Virus record (IMG/VR): IMGVR_UViG_3300032163_000010
Span: 1 to 64,000 of that record
Reading direction: 5' to 3' (one strand)
Length of the DNA stretch: 64,000 nt
Origin: a virus
Of the stretch, positions 50,402 through 59,700 are shown piece by piece. The translations under genes were made by a program, and so were the position numbers. How positions within the stretch are numbered: position 1 is the stretch's first letter; each line of letters opens with the position of its first letter. The notes beneath the pieces were generated by a model, which was not told the DNA's origin, did not search any database, and worked only from the letters and a program-made list of their open reading frames with translations.

Positions 50402-51049
50402 ATGATTTACGTCGATAGCCGTGAGCCTGCCGAAGTGATGCAGAGAGTCTGGGATAGGAAGATATCTCATATAGTGAAGAAACTCGAGGTGGCGGATTTT
50501 CAAAATGAAAAAGAAACGGCGTTTATCGAAAGGAAGAAACCAGAAGACATCTGGGGAAGAGTCCTCAATAAGAACAACGGATGGGATGATCAAATGGGGA
50601 GGCTCTCTGAATATGCTTATGCACATAATGCCATGCCTTGGCTCATCGTTGAAGGGAGCTTTGATGCCGCTATACGCCGCACCAACGGGAAGATCCATGT
50701 CGATGAGACTCGAGGAGCGATTGTCAGCGCTGCTGTTAGGTATGGAATCGCGGTCTGGAATGCCGACTCGTTGGATGACCTCCTCACCGTGGTCTGTGCT
50801 ATCTGCGACAAAGCAGATAGAGAACTAGGAGTTCCAAGGAGATTACCATTCTCTCACTTAGCTATGGATAAACGCGCAGCAATCTTGATGAACGTGTGTC
50901 ATGTAAGTTCGAGACAAGCCGAGTCGTTGTTGAATTACTTTGGATCAGTTAGAAATGTGTTGTTAGCTTCAGAAGATCAACTAGCGATTGTGAATAATGT
51001 TGGGAGGATAACTGCGAGAAAGATATGCCAGTATAAGGACTCGGTGTGA
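50402..51049 (+). CDS. ERCC4/XPF-family structure-specific nuclease with HhH domain
   Basis: IYVDSRE, ADF, IERK, LIVEG and the HhH segment LLNYFGSVRNVLLASEDQLAIVNNVG. Confidence 0.9.
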   Translation: MIYVDSREPAEVMQRVWDRKISHIVKKLEVADFQNEKETAFIERKKPEDIWGRVLNKNNGWDDQMGRLSEYAYAHNAMPWLIVEGSFDAAIRRTNGKIHVDETRGAIVSAAVRYGIAVWNADSLDDLLTVVCAICDKADRELGVPRRLPFSHLAMDKRAAILMNVCHVSSRQAESLLNYFGSVRNVLLASEDQLAIVNNVGRITARKICQYKDSV

Positions 51050-53109
51050 GGCTAGTGCATATATATGATCGGATGACAGAGGAATTCGTTCATAGGAAGT
51101 GTGCACATGCTGATATCTATCCCGCGCATTATGCTTGTTCACTGGGAGGACATATATTTAACTTGGTGAACCAGAAGACAGAGGTTCTTATGGCTAATGC
51201 TATCCCAGTTGATACAAGGTTGCACACAATGTTCGTTGCTCCACCAGGATGTTGCTTAGACCAATGGTCGATAGTCACTATGGCCGATCAGTCGAAGACG
51301 TTCCTCAGAGATGTAGTTATAGGAGATAAATTGGCATCACAGAATGGGCAAGAGAACATAGTAACAAACGTAATGAAATCTCTGAAGATCAATATGCTGA
51401 GAATACAGCCACATAACATGTGTGTATCTGCAGAGCACGAGATCAAAACAAAAGATGATTGGGCATTTGCCGGAGACCTTCAAGAAGGAGATTTGATAGA
51501 GACTAGGTATTCCAAGGAGGGATTGCAATTCCTTGGATGGTGGATTGCCGAAGGGAGATTCGAAGGCAAATGGTGGACGCCGGTCATCGCAAACAAAGAT
51601 GAATCTGTGATTGAAGAATTAGAAACTGTTGCGAACAAATATGGATGTTCATGGAACGACGCAGGACCTATGGAGTATAGATTCACTCATGGTAAGAATT
51701 CTTCTGAGAGAAACAAACTAGCTGAATGGTTGAGATACTTTGGGTATGAGAAAGGTAGAGATACTAATTCAGGGAACAAACATGTACCTGAGGAATTGAT
51801 GAAATATTTAGAGTTAGATGGGTTAGTTTGGATTCTTAGCCAGATGTGGAGAGGAGATGGTACTGATAGAACACAGATGAGGTATGCATCGAAATCTAGA
51901 ATGTTACTTGAACAAGTATGTGACATTCTAGATTTAGTTCATGTAGAGTATAGCGTATATGACTACGGCAAAGACACAGCTGAAGTATACGTACATGAAG
52001 AGTTTAGAGAAAGATTATATGATGCATTTGAGAGAGCAAGTCACTTCACCCAATTTAAAGGACTAATGAAAATAGACACTGTCCGTGAAGTATTATATCG
52101 CAGATACGCTATTGACCTAGAAACCACACAAAGCCATTTTGTTGCGAATGATGTTGTGGTGCATAATAGCAAGACCTTCTGGCAAGAGCAGTTCCTTCGA
52201 GGCAAGTGGTGTATATTGGAAGGCACGATGACACAACATGGGTTCGAAGGATCGACGACAGAAGCAGGGTTTGTAGGATCGGCGACGATGTCTGAAAATG
52301 GAGATCCCGTCGTGACTCCGGGGTTAGCTAAAGTCTACGAAGAGGGGATCGTGGGATTTGAGGAATTCTCGGCGTTGACGGCGATGATGAAATCTAGCCA
52401 TTCTCAGCAATTAGATGCAGCGTTGTTGTTGGCCCTTGATAGGGGTTACGTCGTTAAGAGACTCAGGGCGGGAAAGATCGGTTATAAGACTAATGTGACC
52501 GTATGGGCGGGAACCCAACCTTCAAGGTTCGATCTAACTTCGGGATTAGGACGAAGATTCTACTATCTTTTGCTGATCCCCACTGAAGAGGACAGGAGAG
52601 TGCTAAGAGAGAAGATAAGAGCTGGTTGGGGGGTCAGGATGGACGTGGAGAGGACTAATAAGATCAGAGCTAGTATAGATGAATTGAAGGATCGCCTATT
52701 TAAGGTAAAGACAGTTAAAAAGGATCCGTCGGTGAACTTGTTATTAGATGAACTGAATATGCCACCGTATGAAGAACAATTGTATGTCAGATTGATATTG
52801 GGATATAAGGTGATCACTGAGGACTTCGGAGAGACGTTGACGTTAGACATCGATCCAACAGTGGAGATGCTGTGCAGACAGGAGTCGATATGGAGGAAGG
52901 CAATCAGGAGGGGTCCAGAGATAGCCGAGGTTGTCTCTTTGCTACGGGCAAATGGCAATAGTATGTCCATGATCGAGTTGAGAGATGCAATGATGGAATT
53001 CGGAATGGATTGGAAACGATCGAGTGAGTTAATCACCGAGTTGTCGAAGATGAAGATCCTCGCAATGGGGGAAACGAATGTCTCATTAAGAGGGAAGTGG
53101 GATGGGTAA
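51046..53109 (+). CDS. MCM-like AAA+ helicase with intein and C-terminal wH domain
   Basis: Spliced P-loop APPGC|SKT, STTEAGFVG, GIVGFEEF and GLGRRF; lacks the large MCM N-terminal domain. Confidence 0.7.
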   Translation: MRLVHIYDRMTEEFVHRKCAHADIYPAHYACSLGGHIFNLVNQKTEVLMANAIPVDTRLHTMFVAPPGCCLDQWSIVTMADQSKTFLRDVVIGDKLASQNGQENIVTNVMKSLKINMLRIQPHNMCVSAEHEIKTKDDWAFAGDLQEGDLIETRYSKEGLQFLGWWIAEGRFEGKWWTPVIANKDESVIEELETVANKYGCSWNDAGPMEYRFTHGKNSSERNKLAEWLRYFGYEKGRDTNSGNKHVPEELMKYLELDGLVWILSQMWRGDGTDRTQMRYASKSRMLLEQVCDILDLVHVEYSVYDYGKDTAEVYVHEEFRERLYDAFERASHFTQFKGLMKIDTVREVLYRRYAIDLETTQSHFVANDVVVHNSKTFWQEQFLRGKWCILEGTMTQHGFEGSTTEAGFVGSATMSENGDPVVTPGLAKVYEEGIVGFEEFSALTAMMKSSHSQQLDAALLLALDRGYVVKRLRAGKIGYKTNVTVWAGTQPSRFDLTSGLGRRFYYLLLIPTEEDRRVLREKIRAGWGVRMDVERTNKIRASIDELKDRLFKVKTVKKDPSVNLLLDELNMPPYEEQLYVRLILGYKVITEDFGETLTLDIDPTVEMLCRQESIWRKAIRRGPEIAEVVSLLRANGNSMSMIELRDAMMEFGMDWKRSSELITELSKMKILAMGETNVSLRGKWDG
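51253..52167 (+). mobile_element. Intein with LAGLIDADG endonuclease in the helicase P-loop (305 aa)
   Basis: C|CLDQWS...VSAEH...FLGWWIAEG...MWRGDG...AIDLE...FVANDVVVHN|S. Confidence 0.9.
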
Positions 53110-53569
53110 AAAGGGTACAATGTTAAGTCTGGACGAAGACCTCGTCGAGCAGGCGAAGAGCCTAAACATCAACATGTCGAATGTGATGAACACGACATTG
53201 CAGTACTTGATCGAGGGGTCTTCCCTACAACCGGTCAGGACGGATTTGTTGCTGACCACGCAGGACATAAAGAGGGTCAGAGATGCTATAGATGAGAGGG
53301 TGTTAGAACTCGAGGGGCTGAAATATAGACTCGAGCAATTGTTGTTGTTAGAAACGGAACTATCCATACGGCTCGCTGCCGCTGATAGAGATACTGCGTT
53401 GGCTAAGGGATTCGAGCAACTACGGTCGATGATAGTAACTCGAGTCTCCAACGACGAGATTCTCAAATCGGCGACAGTGGGGGATATGAATAAGCTATTG
53501 AATATGGTTATAGATAACGAGTGGCTCGATAGCTATAGAGGAAGTGTAATGAAGAATGAACAAGTATAG
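53102..53569 (+). CDS. RHH (CcdA-like) regulator with coiled-coil
   Basis: TMLSLDEDLVEQAKSLNINMS. Confidence 0.65.
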   Translation: MGKKGTMLSLDEDLVEQAKSLNINMSNVMNTTLQYLIEGSSLQPVRTDLLLTTQDIKRVRDAIDERVLELEGLKYRLEQLLLLETELSIRLAAADRDTALAKGFEQLRSMIVTRVSNDEILKSATVGDMNKLLNMVIDNEWLDSYRGSVMKNEQV

Positions 53570-54317
53570 TTTGGGAAAGAAACCGGCGAGGATCGATTCC
53601 AGAACGATTCGATTGAAGGCCGTACTTAAGGTTCTGCCACCGATACCGGAGGCATACCTAATAGATTCAAACCTGAGTCAACAGGTCCCGTTGCCGATGT
53701 TCGCGAATGACAAGTACGGAGATTGTGTGATTGCAGGTCGCGCTCACCAAACACTTCGGTTTGAATGTACCGAACAATCGCGGTGCATACCGATCACGGA
53801 CGAAGAAGTCCTCAATGCGTACTGGGATGAAGGATGTTTCTTAAGGAAATGGTTTCCATGGATCAAACCTGATCGGGGGCTTGTGCTCCTAGATTCGTTG
53901 AAGTCATGGAGAAGTAATGGCTGGACAGCAGGAGGTAAAGGTTATACTATATATGCGTTCGCGGCACTTGATCCAGGAGATCATCAGGATCTCAAAGCTA
54001 CGGTGTATCTTCTCGGCGGGGGCAATGTAGGGATCCAGGTTCCTTCGAGCGTCTGGGATCAGTTTGACCACAACCTACCGTGGGATGTAGTTCCAGGTTC
54101 ATCAATTGAAGGTGGACACTGCATCTTTGTCAACGGATATACCCCCACAGGACCGTTGTGCGTTACCTGGGCGAAACAAGTGCTAATGACATGGGCCTTC
54201 TGGGACAAGTACTGCGATGAGTCATATGCGATTGTTGACAACAGGAACATCTGGCAGGAGAACTCCCCAATAGACGTCGATAAATTGGATGCTATTCTCG
54301 ACGAGATAACGAAGTAA
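53556..54317 (+). CDS. Papain-like (C1-type) cysteine peptidase
   Basis: NDKYGDCVIA (catalytic Cys), GGHCI (His) and CVTW. Confidence 0.75.
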   Translation: MNKYSLGKKPARIDSRTIRLKAVLKVLPPIPEAYLIDSNLSQQVPLPMFANDKYGDCVIAGRAHQTLRFECTEQSRCIPITDEEVLNAYWDEGCFLRKWFPWIKPDRGLVLLDSLKSWRSNGWTAGGKGYTIYAFAALDPGDHQDLKATVYLLGGGNVGIQVPSSVWDQFDHNLPWDVVPGSSIEGGHCIFVNGYTPTGPLCVTWAKQVLMTWAFWDKYCDESYAIVDNRNIWQENSPIDVDKLDAILDEITK

Positions 54318-54516
54318 GAGGAGGTGAATCAAGGGTGACGTTGGCAAAAGGTGACCATGTGGTCATCAAAAGAAACGGAAAGATACTCACGGAAGCCGAT
54401 GAGGCTTACCATGAGTTCGAGGTCTTAGAGAATCCGAACTTTTTGGGGAGGTACGAAGGCGCAGCCCGTTACGAAGTGGTGCTGCAAGTAGTCAAATAAA
54501 GGAGGTGAAACGAACG

Positions 54517-54723
54517 ATGGGAGAACAACCAATAGATATGATAACGTTGGCTAAGTACGCAGTTGGAGCGTTGCTGATCATGGCTGGAGTTGGATTGGTC
54601 TATATAGGAAAGACTACCGAAGGGCTAGCGGTGATCGCAATTGGGCTCGGATTGCTCGGCTACTCGATTGGCGAGAGACAAGGGCTCAAGAAGGGGTTAG
54701 CCCTTTCTAAGGCCTCTGCTTAG
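54517..54723 (+). CDS. Small two-TM membrane protein (holin-like)
   Basis: Two hydrophobic helices and a basic C-terminal tail; lies after the peptidase. Confidence 0.55.
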   Translation: MGEQPIDMITLAKYAVGALLIMAGVGLVYIGKTTEGLAVIAIGLGLLGYSIGERQGLKKGLALSKASA

Positions 54724-54743
54724 TCGATACAAGGTGGAAGCCA

Positions 54744-55226
54744 ATGAAGCCCATGTGGGTGGCATTCATGGCTATTCTTATTTTCTTTGGTGGATTGCAA
54801 GTCTACACGTACAGTTATTATGAGGGCAAGTTGACTGAATTGAACACGAGTCAGAATAGAGTTACTTCCTCGGGTATAATCCTCGAGGGCAACGCTTGGT
54901 TTGGTCTATCAGGTGATCCGGACGGGTTAGTCGACCTTCAACCCCTCAACTTCGGACCTGTTGGAATAATCACAAGCAGCAGCGTAAGCTTCTACATAGT
55001 GAACTCTGGGAAGCCAATGAAGGCGATGATTTATTGGGAGAACCCTTCATGGACGCCGGTCTCGCAGAACGATCTTTTGTTGGTGTGGGATTTAGGTGAT
55101 ACAGTGATCAAAACAGGGGAAATCAAACAGGTAACAGTGACATTGGGTCTTAATGTTGCCTTACCTACAACCATAGCTCAGTTTGTATTTGAGATGCATA
55201 TTCAGGGAGTTGTCATAGGTGGATAA
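54744..55226 (+). CDS. Membrane-anchored Ig-like protein
   Basis: N-terminal TM plus beta-sandwich (FYIVNSG...IKTGEIKQVTVTL...F.FEMHI). Confidence 0.6.
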   Translation: MKPMWVAFMAILIFFGGLQVYTYSYYEGKLTELNTSQNRVTSSGIILEGNAWFGLSGDPDGLVDLQPLNFGPVGIITSSSVSFYIVNSGKPMKAMIYWENPSWTPVSQNDLLLVWDLGDTVIKTGEIKQVTVTLGLNVALPTTIAQFVFEMHIQGVVIGG

Positions 55227-55401
55227 AGGCTGTCCCAAGTGTGGATCGAAGAAATTAATCAGTGAGGAAGTTATATTAGTAGTACATGGAAGAGATGGCA
55301 GGGTGCATCCAGGGAGGAAGGTAACACTTTATAAATGCGGCTCTTGTGGATGGCAAGGGGGATGGAACCAACTAACGAAGATACTTAAGAACCCCCTGTA
55401 G
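55219..55401 (+). CDS. Zn-ribbon microprotein
   Basis: CPKCGS...YKCGSCGW. Confidence 0.65.
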   Translation: MDKGCPKCGSKKLISEEVILVVHGRDGRVHPGRKVTLYKCGSCGWQGGWNQLTKILKNPL

Positions 55402-55960
55402 CGGTCAGCACGATGTCATACGAGAAGTCCGTGATGATAGTAATAGTGGGCAACACATACACTCGGTACATGCATTGTCGAACGGCGTTTGGTTGTAGGG
55501 GAGAGTTATCGTACACCCATTGTATCTGAAAGTACGCGCTTGGGTTCGGCTGTGCACTTGGCTGCCATACCCAATTTATAATCGTCGCGTTGATACTAGT
55601 GATCGGTGTACTACTTTGGTTGATGACCCAGAATGTCTTCGTGAACGTCTGACCAGGGGTCAAACTACCCATAGGGATACTCACTATCACCGGTGTCCCG
55701 GAAAGTGAACTCGATACAACGAATGTCGGTTCACCTGCTGTAACAAGACCCGTACTCATGATAACCTTATCTACAGTCAACCCCATACGCCTCGGTTGGG
55801 CAGACAGATAGATCAATCCTCCTCCTGTTGCAAGAAACAGTGCTCCGAAGAGCATTTGCTGACGGTTCTTGGTTGTCCACGCTGCTGCGAGGACCCAGAG
55901 CCCACAAATGATACAACCCACTCCCAATATCAACGTTGGAAGTTCAGTGATTCCTACCAT
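55385..55960 (-). CDS. Two-TM protein with Ig-like ectodomain
   Basis: Start ATG 55960 after GAGGAGG; two TM helices, then FWVINQS...LQPNAVR...FSYDIVLTATG. Confidence 0.65.
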   Translation of the reverse strand: MVGITELPTLILGVGCIICGLWVLAAAWTTKNRQQMLFGALFLATGGGLIYLSAQPRRMGLTVDKVIMSTGLVTAGEPTFVVSSSLSGTPVIVSIPMGSLTPGQTFTKTFWVINQSSTPITSINATIINWVWQPSAQPNPSAYFQIQWVYDNSPLQPNAVRQCMYRVYVLPTITIITDFSYDIVLTATGGS

Positions 55961-55973
55961 TTTCAATTCCTCC

Positions 55974-56384
55974 TCACCTGGTTGCCTCCAGCACCTGTGT
56001 TCGTGTAAAGGCCACCCCACTACTAGCGGTTCCACCTGATGTCGCTTTCGCATTCCAAGACCCTGGTAACGTTCCATCTGCCGTCCAACTATTGCACGTA
56101 AATTGGCCTTGGGCATTCGTCGTTACAGCCAACAGATCTACTGACAAGCTCGTTGGGGTTGTCAGGGTAACAACAACTGACACCCCCACCTGTGGAGTTG
56201 TCCCGCGTTTCACAGTGCCTGTGAACTGTGGAACCTCTCCCGGGTTATACGAGGTCTTGTCTGTAACTAACGTGACCGCCAAAGGGGGATTGACTATCTC
56301 CCAGACACAAAATGCTACTATACACACAACACAGATGAGGAGGACCACACATATGATATCCTCTGTTTTCATATCATACATCAC
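55974..56384 (-). CDS. Membrane-anchored Ig-like (MG2/carboxypeptidase-regulatory-like) protein
   Basis: TM helix plus TDKTSYNPGE...TGTV...TTNAQGQF...GSWNAKAT. Confidence 0.7.
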   Translation of the reverse strand: MMYDMKTEDIICVVLLICVVCIVAFCVWEIVNPPLAVTLVTDKTSYNPGEVPQFTGTVKRGTTPQVGVSVVVTLTTPTSLSVDLLAVTTNAQGQFTCNSWTADGTLPGSWNAKATSGGTASSGVAFTRTQVLEATR

Positions 56385-56386
56385 CT

Positions 56387-56767
56387 CTAATCCTCTACCG
56401 ATATAGGCGGAAGGTTCTTAGGCTTCCGTTCCTTTTCTTTTTCTAAAAGACCAATCGCACTTAAAGAGCCGTGCAGGTACTTCGATACTCTAAGACCGTC
56501 TTTTGTGATTGACCATATCGTAGTGCTCCAGGTTCTTCGGTCTAAGCCACTTTTCGCTATTTTCTGTCGGTACTGGTTGTCTGCAGATACTGGTTTAGTC
56601 TTCTCTTTAGCGAGGCCTCGTTCCTTTAGGTTTTCGAGAATAACGCGAACTGGGTACCACGAAATATTGGTTTCCCGCATCAGCCCAGTCACGGACATAT
56701 CTTTCCGCGTTAGTGCCAATAAGACATCGAGATGCATCTCAGCCTGTCCGCGTTTCAACCTCATCAC
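56387..56767 (-). CDS. Archaeal winged-helix regulator (HTH_45-like)
   Basis: KRGQAEMHLDVLLAL...TGLMRETNISW...LKERGL...WSITKDG. Confidence 0.7.
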   Translation of the reverse strand: MMRLKRGQAEMHLDVLLALTRKDMSVTGLMRETNISWYPVRVILENLKERGLAKEKTKPVSADNQYRQKIAKSGLDRRTWSTTIWSITKDGLRVSKYLHGSLSAIGLLEKEKERKPKNLPPISVED

Positions 56768-59700
56768 CCTGGGACGAGTATAGCATCGACAGTGAAACCC
56801 TTAGTTGTGCTTTTAAGCAGAAAATACAGAGTACCCAACGTTGGATGCCGGGGTTTTACGTCCGAGATATCCCCGGCACCTGAGGAGGTTTCGATGTAAT
56901 AATTCGCTCCCCAAAAATGCACCTTCGCCTTTGCAGAATCCGGTATTCGTGATGTCCGCAATGCCTGAATGCCACTGGGAGTTTTGACCTTCACAAAGGG
57001 AATGCCAGTGAGCACCGCGTCCACTGTTACTGCTTTTGTGCTCGATGGCGGAGTTGTGATAATAGCATCAGCCGCGAAGGACTTTTCTGCTTCCCAGGGA
57101 AAGTTAAGCGGAAAGTAAGCAAACCGTACCTTCCATGGATTCACCCCACCAGTTAGGTAAACCAAGCCTGTGAAATTGCCATAGGCTCGGTAGAAACACG
57201 TCATGTCGGGCCTTGAATTGCCATAATTGTCGGTAGCTAACGGGTCTGAACTTTGGTTGATCCAATCAACCATGGCACTCCAATTTGCTCCGCCGTCGGT
57301 ACTAGTTTGATAGTAAATATGCTCTGCTACCGCTCCTGGGGGTGTGTTAGTTGTCTTTGTTGACCAGAAACAGTAAAGCGTGGTGTCTCTGATGCTTAAT
57401 ACAGGGAAAGCGTAATAAGGTATATTCGCTTTAACTGTGGTCTCGCTACCCCATAAACCAGTTGAATAGGTTCTCTTACGGGATTTTATGTAACAATATG
57501 GATCTATGTATGTCACAAACTCCAGATAAACGTTGTTGCTGGGGTCAGCGACAACGCTATGCTGAACAGAATCACGTATACTTGAAAAAGAAGCTGTTTC
57601 CTCCCCGCCCATCGAACCTGTCCACAATCTTCCTTTGACAGTATCGCCATTAAAAGCATACGTGATGTACATTTTGCCGTCAGTTAATGGAATTACAGAA
57701 ACATCCCAATAATGGATTACGGTGCTCAGTTGATACGTGCTATGAGATGTCCACGTTCCGTTGTTCTGATCGCATTTATTGACAAAGGGGCAAATGTCAA
57801 ATCCATAATGATTCATATACCCTATCCAAGGATAACCGTTAGAGTCAACCGAAACAAAGGGTTTCGTTATTCCTGACCATGCATCGTAAAGATTCTGCTC
57901 ATTTATGGTACTCCATGTTATTGAACCGTCATATTTCGGAAAGCCACGTCTATAACGCAGACGAACGCCACTTGCATGAGCGTAGTGCAGATATTGTCCA
58001 TCGAACCAAATGGAAAATTCGTAGCCATCCGCGGCTGCTCTAACCGTTGTCGCTGCAGACCAAGTTGCACCGTCTGAGCTTGTTCTGTATACCATATTCG
58101 TGCCGTTACTGTAGAAAACCCAGAACAAACCGCTTGCGCGGAAGCTCTTACGCTGATACTGAAATGTAATTGCAAGATAATCCGTGCTCGTTCCAACTAA
58201 GTGTCCCGCACCGGTTATTCTACCGTCAGCGGTGAAGGTCTTCGTTTTCACTCCGCTTGTAAGAACTGCATCCGCTGTGAAGGTTTTTGTGGATGCGAGT
58301 CTAGCGTCAGCTGTGAAAGGTTTAGTTGATCGTTTTACAATTACAGCATCAACTATAGGCGATTTAGTGAATCGTTTTACAATTACAGCATCAACTGTGA
58401 AGGCCTTGGGTTTCAGCAGAATAGCGTCAGCCGTGAAGTCCTTAAAATGTACACCCAGAGATATAAGATTCGCGTCGACTGTAAATGGCTTAGTGAACCT
58501 CGTTGAAATCCAAGCATCTGCAAGGAGGGCCTTAGTGGGTCTTCTTACAACCCTAGCATCTGCCTTGAAAGTCTTATTGATAGTTTGAAGGCCATTCTTG
58601 AAATACCCAGTGTATATGAAGTACTCAAATGAGGTGTTTCCAGTATAGAGTTCTATGGTTGCGCTTACGGATATTCCCACGGTGATTGTGTAACCGTTAT
58701 ATTCTATCGGTGGGTAGGTTGCTCCTTCGCTTTCGTGTACAAGTATGTATCTAGCAAGTGAGCTACCTCCTTTCCGAGCACCTTCGTTATATTCGGTATC
58801 TGGGGAGTAGTTGCAAAGGATTAAGCTGACAAAGTTGTTTACATCAACAGGTTCATATTTGTATAGATTACCTAGAGATCCCGTTCCTCCATATATTTGC
58901 TCGGAAAGAATACAGAGAGACCGGATAATTGACTCGCTAAGTTTTGGTGCCGCTAAAGTCCAAGCATTAGACCCATTCCATTTTAATAGATAACCGTAAG
59001 AATCTCCGGTTCCACCGTATATCTCCCCGTTGAGAACACAAAGAGAGTAAATGGCACTATCCAAAGTGCCATACTCCGGTGCTACTTGAACCCAAGCATT
59101 AGATCCATTCCACTTCAGCAGGTTGGCGCTGGGATATGTTCCTCCGTATATGTATCCATTTAGTACACAAAGAGAGCGAATGTCGGTCTCGGTACTATAC
59201 TTTGATGCTACTTGAACCCAGGCACTTGTTCCATTCCACTTCAGCAGGTTACCATTCGGAGAAGTTCCGCCATATATTACTCCATTTAGGACACAAAGGG
59301 AATAGATAGCTGTTTCTGAGCCGTATAGTGGTGCTACTTGAACCCAGGCGCTAGATCCATTCCATCTCAGTAAATTGCCGTTAGGGAATGTTCCACCATA
59401 TATTTGACCATTCAGTACACAAAGAGAATCGATATATGTTTCTGACCCATACTTTGACGCAACCTGAACCCAAGCACCAGATCCATTCCATCTTAACAGT
59501 AAACCGTTGGGATTTGTTCCTCCGTATATTTGTCCATTTAGGACAACGAGGCTCCAGATACCTGTTTCTGACCCATATTTGGGTGCTACTTGAACCCACG
59601 CGGTTCCGTTCCACTTAAGAAGGTTCCCATTCGGAATCGTTCCACCATATATCTCGCCATTCAGCACGCAGAGGGAGGTTATATGTGTCTCCGAGCCGTA

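Noticed and set aside
53102-53569. Toxin-antitoxin pair based on the CcdA-like N-terminus
   Set aside because: No adjacent toxin gene; more likely a stand-alone RHH regulator.
11931-54250. Numerous minus-strand ORFs opposite the plus-strand genes, and plus-strand ORFs opposite the virion genes
   Set aside because: Ser/Leu/Phe-rich shadow frames of purine-rich coding strands, with no RBS or motifs.
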